This document shows positions 1 through 12,140 of a DNA stretch of 64,000 nucleotides, in pieces. A program made the translations under genes and the position numbers. The notes under the pieces were generated by a model. It saw nothing but the letters and a program-made list of their open reading frames with translations, ran no database searches and was not told the origin of the DNA. Numbering within the stretch: the stretch's first letter is position 1; every line of letters starts with the position of its first letter. Origin of the DNA: Octopus sinensis. Taxonomy: Eukaryota. Location: assembly GCF_006345805.1 (NCBI RefSeq), contig NC_043010.1:12400001-12464000 (forward strand), written 5' to 3'.

Positions 1-199
1 GCTAAATATAATTAGGAGGAATATGGTAAGAATGAGAGATCAATAGAAGTGGCTCAAGAGAGAGGAAATGATGACTGACAGTACAGAAAGGGCAGAATGA
101 TACGATAAATAAGAGAGGGATGAAGCACAGGGAGATGATGGGTAAATATTGCAAGATTGTTGGTGAGAGTGAGAGATCTATAGATCTATAGTAATTGTC

Positions 200-310
200 T
201 CCTATCAAACTTTAATCTCCCAGCATCCTGTCCTTCCTATCAAACTTTAATCTCCCAGAATCCTTTGTCTCCTATCAAACTTTAATCTCCCAGCATCTTG
301 TCCCTCCTAT
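200..310. repeat. Short tandem repeat, about 3 x 34-36 bp (tcctatcaaactttaatctcccag...)
   Basis: Unit TCCTATCAAACTTTAATCTCCCAG occurs at ~200, ~235 and ~270; flanked by a duplicated gagtgagagatctata motif. Confidence 0.8.
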
Positions 311-455
311 CATAGAGTGAGAGATCTATAGTAATTGACATAGAGGTGGTCTAAATTATTTAAAGGTGAATATGGTGAGTAGAAAAAAATGCAGGGTGTT
401 GATCAATGGAAAATGTGTGGGGTGGAATGATTATATATAAATGTATGTATATACA

Positions 456-750
456 TCTATTATATAAAATCCGTTCAGTCTGTCTGTCTGTGTCTTCTAG
501 GGTCTCAGGAATCTTCCATCCGATTGAGATCAAATTTGATATGTAGATACCGATGGTATCAGGGCGTGTATAAGTCTTGAAAAAATTACAAAACTCGATT
601 CCAGGTGAGAATGCGATCAATAATGCCGTAGGAATGTGCATTTGTATGCACAAGTACATCAGCTGTTGTGTTCGATACTACACGTATGTGAGAAAAATGC
701 ACGTGCAGTTTGCGCAAAAAATGCCGGCTGGCTTGAAAAAATGCAGTATA
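456..750 (+). mobile_element. Possible non-autonomous Helitron/Helentron-like fragment
   Basis: Starts TCTATTATATAAAATCC followed by (GTCT)n and 'ccatccgattgagatcaaatttgatatgtagat', a layout typical of Helitron-like non-autonomous repeats; 3' hairpin/CTAG not clearly identified. Confidence 0.3.
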
Positions 751-1141
751 TTTAAGAGACCAAAGAAGTAAGATGCAAAAGAGATATTTTCTTCAAACTT
801 GGCATGAAGGAAGGAAAGACTATTTGGTTCCTCAAGAAGTTTTTTATTTTGCCTTAACTTTGTTTAACAAAACCAAAAATTTTATTGAAATAAAGGAATG
901 CTTAATTATTTTTTAATGAAAAGAAAACACTGATTGCTTTTTATTCAGCAGATATGATTCAGCACCGTCCATTGAACAGGGTGCATTTTACTCGTATGTA
1001 TATATAAACATATCTATACACACACACACACACACACACACATGCATATACATATGTATGCTATCAAATCTTTCTTTTGTAATATATGGGCTGCAACTGA
1101 GAAGTTCTCAGAATATCCGAAACAAATGATAATAAAAGAAT

Positions 1142-1359
1142 TAAATTCAGAAACAAAGTATAGGTCAATCAACAAATTCCTAGACGCAAAATTTTAAACA
1201 TATCTTTAAAAATATACATTTATTAATACATTTTAATAAAGATCAATAGATCTATTGATCTGTATTAAAATGTATTAATAAATGTATATTTTTAAAGATA
1301 TGTTTAAAATTTTGCGTCTAGGAATTTGTTGATTGACTTACACTTAGTTTCTAAATTTA
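1142..1359. repeat. Spacer-less ~109-bp-arm palindrome
   Basis: Centre gatcaataga|tctattgatc at 1250/1251; arms reverse-complementary with few mismatches. Confidence 0.92.
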
Positions 1360-1449
1360 CCTCTTCTCTTGTATGTATGTATGTATGTATGTATGTATGT
1401 ATGTATGTATGTATGTATGTATGCATGCATGCATATATGCATTAACAAC

Positions 1450-1625
1450 TTTATGGTGTCACGAGAAAAGCACCCCATATACACTGTAAAGTGGTTGACG
1501 TTAGGAAGGGCATCAAGTCATAGTAAATAAACCAAATAGACACTGGAGCAGGATGCAATTCTTGGGCCCATTGGACTCTGTCCAATTCATGCCAGCATAG
1601 AACATGGACTTTAAATGATGATGAT
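1450..1625 (+). mobile_element. RTE-3'-end-related short repeat (SINE-like or truncated LINE tail)
   Basis: aaagcaccc...gtggttgacgttaggaagggcatc...catgccagcatag...aaatgatgatga matches the 3' end of the RTE LINE at 4733-4930 (reverse complement). Confidence 0.7.
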
Positions 1626-1671
1626 AAGGAGGAGTGTGTATACATATATATATATGTGTGTGTGTGTGTTT

Positions 1672-1978
1672 GTGGAGGCGCAATGGCCCAGTGGTGAAGG
1701 CAGCGGACACACGGCCATAGGATCGCAGTTTCGATTCCCAGACCGGGCATTGTGAGTGTTTATTGAGCAAAAACACCTAAAGCTCCACAAGGCTCCGCCG
1801 GTGGGGTGGGGGAGCGATCCCTGCTGTACTCTTTCACCACAACTTTCTCTCACTCTTTCTTCTGTCGGCCTGCTTGCTTAGCCAGTGGGGTGGCATCAAT
1901 TGAAGGCTAAAAAAACAATACAAAGTGCATTGTGACCAGCGATGTGTAGCAACATCTGATTGCCTGGTTGGTCACGGT

Positions 1979-1980
<2 letters not shown>
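1672..1980 (+). mobile_element. tRNA-like SINE, family C
   Basis: 5' head ggaggcgcaatggcccagtggt...gtttcgattccc (A/B-box-like); related heads at 58738 and, reversed, at ~14626. Confidence 0.75.
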
Positions 1981-2014
<34 letters not shown>

Positions 2015-2078
2015 ATATATATATATATAAAATATATATATATATATATATTATAAAAATATATATATATATATATAA

Positions 2079-2142
<64 letters not shown>

Positions 2143-2489
2143 AAAAAGGGGGAGAGAGAGTGAGAAGCTTTTGTGTGCAAACAAAAAAATACAAAGTAGT
2201 CAGTATAGGGTGTAATTTTTTTCATTTATTAGAGGGCAGTTGATGACTCAGTCCATTCCAACTCAGGCCATCAGGTCATGTTCAATCAAACAACATTGAG
2301 ACTGAGAAAGCATCAATAGTTTATGCTGTTTTGTTATCAGCGTGTATTTCATGTATATGCATTCATGCATGTGTGTGTATGTATACGCACATGTGTATGT
2401 GTACATATGTACATAAGAATGCTCATCCTTTTTATTTCCTCTGAAGATCAAAAACTCTTTACAAATATTCCTCTACATGTAGCATCATG

Positions 2490-2677
2490 TATAGTGTCTT
2501 TCCCTCACTGACTTACTAGACGCACACACTCACTCATACTCTGTATCTGCATACTATCACTTCTACCACTTGGACCACTATTCTGACCCCCTGAAATAAC
2601 GAACCGTGTAGTAGAGATGTTCTGTCTGCCCTTCTTTTCATCCCTACTACGTTTTATTTTCCCAAATCTTATGATTC
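2490..2677. repeat. Dispersed ~190-bp repeat, copy 1
   Basis: tatagtgtctttccctcactga...tccctac...aaatcttatgattc is similar to 4293-4480. Confidence 0.75.
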
Positions 2678-2756
2678 CACCACATGTAGCCTGTTCTTAA
2701 TACTGGACATTTTGCCATAAACCATTTTAGAAACAACATTATCTAAAAGTGGTTTT

Positions 2757-3186
2757 GGATCTTTTCGGTTTGAACAGCAGTTTTTTAACATAATTTCTAG
2801 GTAACTAAACACTTTTAAACTTCGTATACTGGTAGAATGTGATTATAAAACATCTTTTTCTCTTGGCTTTATTGAGAACATTCTATAGTTTGTAAGATAT
2901 TTGTTGTTTTTTTTTTCTTCAAATTCTGCAATTTCAACCAATCAATGACGTCTATTGAGGTAAAAAAAAAACATTCTGTGCCATATGAATATGTCCCTCG
3001 TTTAAGAAACAGATTGGGTTTATTTACATTTGTGAAGAAAAAAAGATACCCTTCCCCCCACCCCTAACCCTAACCCTAACCCTAAAACAGATTGAAATGC
3101 AATAGATTGATACTAGGGTCGTAATTATGGGTGACAATTTCATATGACACCGCTAGAAAAAACTGCCGTTCAAACCGAAAAGATCC
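2757..3186. mobile_element. MITE with ~30-bp TIRs and 8-bp TSD (Merlin- or hAT-like) containing a (CCCTAA)n tract
   Basis: TIR ggatcttttcggtttgaacagcagtttttt / aaaaaactgccgttcaaaccgaaaagatcc; TSD GTGGTTTT at 2749-2756 and 3187-3194; CCCTAA x4 at ~3062-3085. Confidence 0.9.
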
Positions 3187-3714
3187 GTGGTTTTACTTCT
3201 GATGCAAAACTTCTCAATTTCAAATATTTATATCTAAATTAAATCACTTTTTCATAATTTTTTTGTCAGAAGTAATTACATCATGGGGAGTATTTATTAG
3301 CCATTCAAAAGCACACAAAATCTTTAGACAGGTACATTTAAAAATTCATGTAAGAAAATTTTTGTTAAATAATATTCTGAACACCTGCTAAATGATAAAC
3401 AATTTAATGTAAAGTCCAGAAACTGTTTCTGATACTCTGTAAAAATAAGACCACCTCTACATTAACAATTTGCTTACATATCTTGTATAGCACAGGTAAT
3501 ACATGCAGACATTTTGGGCTGCAAGCAGAAGCTATAACAAAACAGGTGTCATAAAAGTTTTAGTTAAATTTCAGAACTTCTTCCTTGTTAGACCAATTAA
3601 CCCCCAGGTCTACTGAATTTTCTTTTATTAAATTTCTAGAACAACTAGTCCACTGATACTCTGCATATTCACCTTACTATTTTACAAGAACTGTTTGTCA
3701 TCTACTGTGATATA

Positions 3715-3930
3715 CTCTTTTACTCTTTTACTTGTTTCAGTCATTTGACTGTGGCCATGCTGGAGCACATGCCTTTAGTTGAGCAAATCAACCCCAGATC
3801 TTATTCTTTGTTAGCCTAGTACTTATTCTATCAATCTCTTTTGCCAAACTGCTAAGTTACGGGGACGTAAACACACCAGCATCAGTTGTCAAGCGATACT
3901 GGGGGGACAAACACAGACACACAAACACAT

Positions 3931-3978
<48 letters not shown>

Positions 3979-4290
3979 CGGTGGTGTATCAGCATGGCTG
4001 CAGCTCTGAGCTGAAACGTGAGAAAAAAAAATATATACATATATATACATACATATACATATATATACATATACATATATATACATATACATATATATAT
4101 ATATATATATACATATATACATATTTATGACGAGCTTCTTTCATTTTCCGTCTACCAAATCCACTCACAAGGCTTTGGTTGGCTCAAGGCTATAGTAGAA
4201 GACACTTGCCCAAGGTGCCATACAGTGGGACTGAACCCAGAGCCATGTGGTTCATAAGCAAGCTTCTTACCACACAGCCACTCCTACACC
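3715..4290 (-). mobile_element. tRNA-like SINE, family A (abundant, with internal TA/CA microsatellite)
   Basis: Tail ctcttttactcttttacttgtttcagtcatttgac and head ...ttaccacacagccactcct; a short foreign SINE-tail-like piece is nested at ~3978-4030. Confidence 0.85.
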
Positions 4291-4292
4291 TA

Positions 4293-4480
4293 TATAGTGT
4301 CTTTCCCTCACTGATTTACTAGAAGCATACACTTGCTCATGCTCTGTATTTGCAAGCTGTCATTTCTACCACAATGGCAATAATTTTGACCCCCTGAAAT
4401 AATGAACTGTGCAGTAGAGATGCTCCTTCTGCCCTTCTTTTCATCCCTACTATGTTTTATTTTCCAAAATCTTATAATTC
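4293..4480. repeat. Dispersed ~190-bp repeat, copy 2
   Basis: Similar to 2490-2677. Confidence 0.75.
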
Positions 4481-4507
4481 TGGGAAACTAACAGTATTTA
4501 TATACAT

Positions 4508-4680
4508 AGGCGCAGACATGGATGTGTTGTAATAAGGTTGCTTCCCAGCCACATGGTTCTGGGTTCAGTCCCACTGTGTGGCACCTTGGGCAAGTATCTT
4601 CTACTATTGCTTCAGAGTGACCAAAGCCTTGTGAGTGGATTTGGTAAATAGAAACTGATAGAAGCCCGTAATATACATAC
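4508..4680 (+). mobile_element. SINE family A, 5' half
   Basis: ccacatggttctgggttcagtcccactg...ccttgggcaagt...gtgagtggatttggt; truncated next to the LINE tail. Confidence 0.8.
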
Positions 4681-4732
4681 ATATATATATAATATATACA
4701 TATATATATATATATACATATAAATATATATA

Positions 4733-7700
4733 CATCATCATCATCATCATCATCGTCGTTTAACGTCCGTTCTCCATGCTAGCATGGGTTGGACGGTTCG
4801 ACCGGGGTTCTGGGAAGCCAGAAGGCTGCACCAGGCTCCAGTCTAATCTGGCAATGTTTCTACAGCTGGATGCCCTTCCTAACGCCAACCACTCCGTGAG
4901 TGTAGTGGGTGCTTTTTACGTGCCACCTGCACAGGTGCCAGGCGGGGCTGGCAACGGCCACGGTCAGATTGGTGTATTTTATGTGCCACCGGCACGGAAG
5001 CCAGTCGAGGTGGTGCTGGCATCGGCCACGGGTCGGATAGTGCTTTTTACGTACCACCAGACAGGGATCCTGGCTGGTTCAATTCGATTTCGATTTCGCT
5101 TGCCCCAACATGTCTTCACAAGCAAAGGGGGTTGGCATGGGTGCCTGTCGTACGGTCGCATTGGAGTATTTTACGTGTCACGGCCACGAGTCGGATAGTG
5201 CTTTTTACGTACCACCAGACCAGGGATCCTGGCTGGTTCAATTCGATTTCGATTTCGCTTGCCCCAACATGTCTTCACAAGCAAAGGGGGTTGGCATGGG
5301 TGCCTGTCGTACGGTCGCATTGGAGTATTTTACGTGCCACGGCCACGAGTCGGATAGTGCTTTTTACGTACCACCAGGCCAGGGATCCTGGCTGGTTCAA
5401 TTCGGTTTCGATTTCGATTTCGCTTGCCCCAACATGTCTTCGCAAGCATGGGGGGTTGGGATGGGTGTCTGTCGTCGGATGAGGTTCTATATCGACTTCG
5501 CTTGCCTCAACCGGTCTTTGTGTCCAAGGGAGGAAAGGCATTCATAAGTGGGCTGGGCTCACTTGTCCTGCCTGGTCTTCTCACGTACAGAATATTTCCA
5601 AAGGTCTCGGTCTCTGGTCATTTCCTCAGTGAGGCCTAAAGTTCGAAGGTCGTGCTTCACCACCTTCCCAGGTTTTCCTGGTCTACCTCTTCCACGAGTT
5701 CCCTCAACTGCTAGGGATTGGCACTTTCTCACACACCTATCTTCATCCATTCTCGCCACATGACCATACCAGCGCAATCGTCTCTCTTGCACACCACAAC
5801 TGATGCTTCTTAGGTACAACATTTCTCTCAAGTGCTAACGCTCTGTCGAGTATGTACACTGACATTACACATCCATCGGAGCATACTGGTTTCATTCCTC
5901 ACGAGCTTACGCATGTCCTCAGCAGTCACAGCCCATGTTTCGCTGCCATGTAGCATGGCTGTTCATACACACGCATCATACAGTCTGCCTTTTACTCTGA
6001 GCGAGAGGCCTTTAGTCACCAGCAGAGTAAGAGCTCCCTAAACTTTGCCCAGGCTATTCTTATTCTAGCAGTTACACTTTCAGCGCACCCACCCCCACTA
6101 CTGACTTGGTCACCTAGATAACGGAAGCTATCAACTACTTCTAGTTTTTTCCCCTGGAAAGTGACGGAAGTTGTTTTCTGCAGATTTTCGGAGGTTAATG
6201 CTCCCGAGCATCTGCCACATACAAAAACTATCTTCCCAGTTAGCCTGCCTTTGACATTGCTGCACCTCTTATGTGTCCATAGCTTACACTGGGTACATCT
6301 TATAGAGTTTCTACCTACACCTTTTCTACAGATCGAGCAGGGCCATCTTCCTGAAGATATTTGTGGATTGTCTACCTTTCTACTTATTAGTACTTTGGTT
6401 TTAGCTAGGTTGACTCTAAGGCCCCTTGATTCTAAACCCTCCTTCCACACCTGGAACTTCTCCTCCAGTTCTGATAGTGACTCAGCAATAAGAGCAAGGT
6501 CATCAGCGTAGAGGAGCTCCCAGGGACAGCCTGTCTTGAATTCCTCCGTAATTGCCTGGAGTACTATGATAAATAGGAGGGGCTGAGTACTGAACCCTGG
6601 TGGACCCCAACCTCTACTTTGAATTCTTCTGTGTACATGTTGCCAACCCTAACCTTACTTACGGCATCTCTGTACATGGCTTGCACAGTCCTCACCAGCC
6701 ATTCATCTATCCCTAGTTTCCTCATTGACCACCAGTTAAGGGATCGGGGGACCCTATCAAAAGCTTTCTCCATGTCAACGAAAGCCAGGTACAGGGGCTT
6801 ATCTTTGGCTAGGTATTTCTCCTGCAGCTGCCTTACCAGGAATATAGCATCAGTGGTACTTTTCCCTGGCACGAACCCAAACTGCATCTCATCTAAACTA
6901 ACTCTCTCTCTAATTAGTTGGGCTATGACCCTCTCCGTAACCTTCATTACTTGATCCAACAGCTTGATACCTCTGTAATTATTTGTATCTAGGGCATCAC
7001 CTTTACCTTTGTAGCAGTTGACTAGTATGCTGCTGCACCAGTCATTGGGTATGACTCCTTCGTGTATCACCTGGTTGACTATACGGGTGACTAGGTTATA
7101 GCCGACACTGCCAGATATTTTGAGCATCTCTGCAGTAATTCCTGATGGGTCTGGGGCTTTCCCTGTCTTCATGCTTCTAATTGCCTTAGCTACCACGGAA
7201 CTATCGACTCGGATAGCTGGTCCCTCTGTAGGGTCAACATTCGGCAGACTCTCTTTATCCCACATCATTTTCCTCATTCAGTAACCTTTCATAGTGGCGT
7301 CTCCAGCTTCTCTCTTTGCATCCTCATTTAGCGCAAGTGAACCATCCTCCATGCGAACACATTTCTCTCCTACCACATCACGATTCTCTCTCACACACTG
7401 TCTTGCAACACGAAATACCTCAAGTCTTTCATCCTCACGGCGCAGGACATTGGCAAATTTTCTCTTATCTGCTTCCCCTCTGGCTAGATAGACCTGTCTC
7501 CTAGCTTCCCTTCTGGCAGTCTGATACCCTTCCCTGCTACCACCGTTCTTCCAGGCCTTCCAAGCCTGTTTCTTTTGTCTAATAGCCCTGTCAACAATAT
7601 TGTTCCACCACCACGTTATTTTGGGTCTTAAGGGGACTTTGCACCAGCCACAGATCTGGTCAGCGGCTTTCAGCAGGTTGTCCCTCAGAAACGTCCAGTT

Positions 7701-9260
7701 GTCTTCTACCCCATGTGTAGCTATACCCCCTTCCACTTCGTCAAAGGCTTCAAGTAACATATCTCTAAATCTCTGTCCATTCGCAGGGGCTTTAAGCTTC
7801 CAGACCCTTCTTCTCCATGTTGGTCGTCTTCTAGTCGCCCTCTTAGTCCTGATCCTAAAGTCACTAACTACCAGTCTATGTTGTGGGGTGCATTCTTCGC
7901 CTGGGAAGGTTTTGGCATTTATAAGCAGCCATCTTTCCCTTTTTCTGGCAAGGATGTAGTCGATTTGGCTAGTATGCCGGCCCGATCGGTAGGTGACCAG
8001 GTGGCTTGTTGGTTTCCTGAAGTTAGTGTTGCAGACCATAAGACTATTCGCATCGCAGAACTCCAGCAGCCTGGTTCCCTCCTCGTTGCGGGAACCATAA
8101 CCGTAGCCTCCATGTGCGCCATGGAAGCCCCCAGCATGTCGTCCAACATGCCCATTGAAATCACCAGCCACAAAGAGAAGGTCCCTGTCGTTCGTCGATG
8201 AGGCGGTCTGCAGTAGGGTGTCATAGAAACTGTCTTTCTGTCCATCGGGTAGCCCTGGCTGAGGGGCATAGCCGATATAATGGTTGCTAATCTATTATGA
8301 AGCACTATTCTAATCTTAAGTATTCTGTCACTTACTCTGATTACCTCAAGTACTCTATCTATCCATTTCTCAGCGATAAGTATACCACGCCACCAACCCC
8401 GTCAGTGTTCCCTGCCCAGAAAATCTTGTACCTGTGTTTCTTGCCTGTGAGGACCCTAGCAGATCCTCCTCTCCACCTTATTTCTTGCATACACATACAT
8501 CAACACGTCTCCGTTCAAGCATCTCGACTATCTCGCCAGACCTACCTTTCAATGTGCCAACGTTGAGGGTGCCCACCCTGAGGGTGTGGGAGGTGTGGGC
8601 CTCTGAGACCCTGGGATGAGGGACAGCAGTGTTATGTACCTGAAAAGAAAGCTTGCATTTGCCAGATATCATACTGAGACTCTAGACTACAACCTGCATA
8701 AATTTCACAGTTTTTGCGCTATATGATCACAATAAACCCTACATAGGGGTGCGGGGGGGTCAAGAAAGATAGAAAACAGAAACTTCCGGTTCTGTGGATG
8801 GTGGGTGGGTGGATGGGTGGGGGGTGGTGGATGGGTGGAGGGTGGGTGATGGGTGGGAGGGTGGGTGGGTGGATGGGTGGGAGGTGGATGGGGGAGGGTG
8901 GGTGGGCGGGGGGGGGGTGGGAAGGCGGGGTCACCTCGAAGGAACAACAGGTTTTAAATTAATACGTAGGGAATTTTCTGCAACAGAAATTACTGAACAT
9001 CTAGGAACTTCGGGGTTCGAGAAGAACGTAATATAAATAAGAGAGAGAGAAAAAATTTCGTAGGGAATTTAGGGTATCTTTGGGGAAAGGAATAACGACG
9101 AAGGAACAACAGGTTTTAAAGTAATACGTAGGGAATTTTCTGCCACAGAAATTACTGAACATCTAGAAACTTCGGGGTTCGAGTAAAACATAATATAAAT
9201 AGGAGAGAGAGAGAATATTGTAGTGAATTCTGGGGATGGAATAATAACAGGATGACACTG
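4733..9260 (-). mobile_element. Near full-length RTE-clade non-LTR retrotransposon (LINE)
   Basis: (GAT)n tail at 4733-4760, long 3' UTR, single ORF with APE and RT domains; 5' region with G-rich tract and a 161-bp duplication; 5' boundary uncertain. Confidence 0.92.
5559..8672 (-). pseudogene. RTE LINE polyprotein: APE endonuclease + reverse transcriptase + PHD-like zinc finger, split by frameshifts
   Basis: LRVGTLNVGTL, AGDFNGHVG, SQIDYIL, QHRLVV (APE); KAPDPSGI, NYRGIKLL, QFGFVPGKSTTDAIF, AFVDMEKAFDRVP, GVHQGSVLSP, LLYADDL, FRYLG (RT); RRLRWYGHVARM and RGRGRP (RTE C-terminus). Confidence 0.93.
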
Positions 9261-9349
9261 AGATTAAAGGAGGAATTTAAAATGCATGACAGACAGGAAG
9301 CCATGCATACAAGATGGCGAAATAAATAATAGAGAAACGGGATTTATGC

Positions 9350-9485
<136 letters not shown>

Positions 9486-9519
9486 ATATATATACATATA
9501 TATAGAAATAAATCTGTAT

Positions 9520-9760
9520 ATGCATGTATATATTTGTGTCTGTGTTTGTTCTCCAGCCATTGCTTGACAACCAATGCTGGTGTGTTTATGTCCCTGTAAC
9601 TTAGTGGTGCAGCAAAAGAGACTGATACAATAAGTACTAAGCTTAGAAAGAATAAGTCCTGGGGGGGGGATTTCTTTGACTAAAACTGTTTAAGGTGGTG
9701 CTCCAGCATGGTCGTAAATGACTGAAACAAGTAAAAGAATAAAGAAAAAGAATAAAGAAT
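9520..9760 (+). mobile_element. SINE family A, 3' half
   Basis: ttgcttgacaaccaatgctggtgtg...gactgaaacaagtaaaagaataaag. Confidence 0.8.
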
Positions 9761-10021
9761 AAATGATATAAAAATGTAATCACTGTTTTTCATATTGAGT
9801 GCACTATTTTCTGAATTATGAGCGACTAGCTGAATATATTGAGTCATCCCATAAATAATGCAGTTTTTTCAATTACGTGAATTAAAACTCAGAGGGGTAC
9901 AGGATAAAGTACCTGCATCAACTTACTATAAAAGCAAGTAGTAATTTTACTTTGGTCTTATTCTTAGTGCAAGTTTTGAAGACTGCAGTTTGATTTTAAC
10001 AGTTTTTTTTTCAAAACTATA

Positions 10022-11250
10022 ATGGAAGTGACAAAGGAGCACATCCAGCATATTTTGCTTAATGAGTTCAATAAAGGCAACAATGCAACAGAATGTGCGA
10101 GGAATATTAATGCAGCATATAGGGGTCAGACAATAAGTGTAAGCCAGTGTCAACAGTGGTTCCAGAAATTCCCAGCCAGAAACTACAGCCTAAAAGATGA
10201 GCCTTATCCTGGAAGAGCTGTAGAGCTTGAAAAGGACATCCTGCAAACCCTGCTGGAATAAAATCCCATCATAACTGTTGAGAAGCAAGCAGAGAAGTTT
10301 GAATTTGGTCATTCAACCATGCATCGATACTTGCATGCCATTGGAAATGTCAGCAAATTGCGTCAATGTTTTCTTCACAAATTTTCAGAGAGTGAATGTG
10401 TGGTCTTCTTTGCTATCACGTCTCATGAATGAATCCCTTTTGAACCAAATAGTGACTGGTGACAAGAAATGGGTTGTCTATGGCGGCAAGCTGGCAGAAA
10501 CGTTAGCACACCGGGCAAAATGCTCGGCGGTATTTCGTCTGCTGTTACGTTCGGAGTTCAAATTCCACCGAGGTCAACTTTGCCTTTCATCCTTTTGGGG
10601 TCGATAAATTAAGTACCAGTTATGCACTGGAATTGATGTAATCAACTTAATCCCTTTGTCTATCCTTGTTTGTTCCCTCTATGTTTAGCCCCTTGTGGGC
10701 AATAAAGAAATAAGAAATGGGTTGTCAAGCACGAATGACAGTGGGTAGGGAAAGGAGAAACACCAGCACACCAGGCTAAAGAAGTTCTTCACCCACATAA
10801 GGTGTTGTTATCTGTTTGGTGGGATATGAAAGGTTTAGTCCACTTTGAGCTTTTAAACTCAAACCAAATGATATCAACAGAGTTTTACTTTGAGCAGCTT
10901 AAGTCAGTACTAGAAGAAAGATGACCATCTTTGGTTTAAAGATAAAAGGTGTTCTTCCATCAGGATAATGCTTGGCCACATACAGTGTGGATGACATTCC
11001 AATGGCTGGAGCAGTTTGAATAGGAAATGATACCTCACCCACCATATTCACCAGACATTGCCCCATCTGATTATTATTTATTCTGCAGTCTTCAAAATCA
11101 TTTGGATGGAAAACTATGAATTCTGTAGATGAGGTTAGAACAGTACAGGAGGATTTTTCATCATGGACAAATGAATTTTGGAAAATGGGCCTTGCATGTC
11201 TACCAGATAGATGGAATAACATTGAAGAGAATGAAGGAAAGTATATTTTT
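10022..11250 (+). pseudogene. Mariner transposase pseudogene
   Basis: HTH (QQWFQKF..SLKDEPYPGR), IVTGDKKWV, KVLLSVWWDMKG, HQDNAWPH, HPPYSPDIAPSDYYLF; stops, frameshifts and a SINE insertion. Confidence 0.9.
10479..10711 (+). mobile_element. tRNA-like SINE family B inserted in the mariner, 15-bp TSD
   Basis: Head ggcggcaagctggcagaa...gagttcaaattcc; TSD AAGAAATGGGTTGTC at 10464-10478 and 10712-10726. Confidence 0.9.
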
Positions 11251-11494
11251 AGATTAAAAAAGAACTTTGTCTTAATTTTTTTAAATAAACGAAGAATAAA
11301 AAAGCCACATTATTTATGGATTGACCCAATATATATCAAAAAGGATCAAAGGTCTTTTCTGAGCCCTAACCTCATTTTTGCTAGGTGAGAGGACTGGAGC
11401 AATGTGAAATGAAGTGTTCTGCCCAGAATCATGATGCATTGCCTGATTTAGAAATCACAATCTTATGATCATGTGTGTACCACCCTAACCACAA

Positions 11495-11596
11495 AGACAT
11501 ATACCACAATATATATATACATATATATATATGTATGTGTGTGTATATATATATACACACACACACATATACATACGCATATATGTATATATATGT

Positions 11597-11668
<72 letters not shown>

Positions 11669-11909
11669 GTATACACACATAGCACACAAACACATACACA
11701 CACATGTACTCTACAAAAGTATGGAGTAACTCTTCAGATTAATGTAAAATCGTTTTTATTATAACTGAACATAAAAACAAACACACGCACACACACATAC
11801 ACACACACATATATATATGTATGTATTATGTATGTATGTATGTATGTATATATGTATGTATATATATGTATGTATACACACACACATATATAAATATATA
11901 TATAATATA

Positions 11910-11947
<38 letters not shown>

Positions 11948-11993
11948 ATATTTATATATATATTTATATATATACATGCATACATACATAAAA

Positions 11994-12024
<31 letters not shown>

Positions 12025-12087
12025 ACATACATAAATACATATATATGTGTGTGTATATATATATGTATGTGTGTATGAATGTATATA

Positions 12088-12124
<37 letters not shown>

Positions 12125-12140
12125 GCATATACACATACAT
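11495..12140. repeat. Compound (TA)/(CA)/(TATG) microsatellite block
   Basis: Direct inspection. Confidence 0.9.

Larger units (their letters stand above)
9839..11329 (+). mobile_element. Full-length decayed mariner (Tc1/mariner) transposon
   Basis: TA-flanked TIRs ttgagtcatcccataaataatgcagtttttt / aaaaagccacattatttatggattgacccaa; encloses a transposase pseudogene. Confidence 0.92.

Noticed and set aside
3060-3087. Telomere or chromosome-fusion site
   Set aside because: Only four units, located inside a TSD-flanked MITE.
4018-4257. Recurrent ORF 'VYQIHSQGFG...EDTCPRCH...'
   Set aside because: Antisense translation of SINE family A, repeated in every copy.
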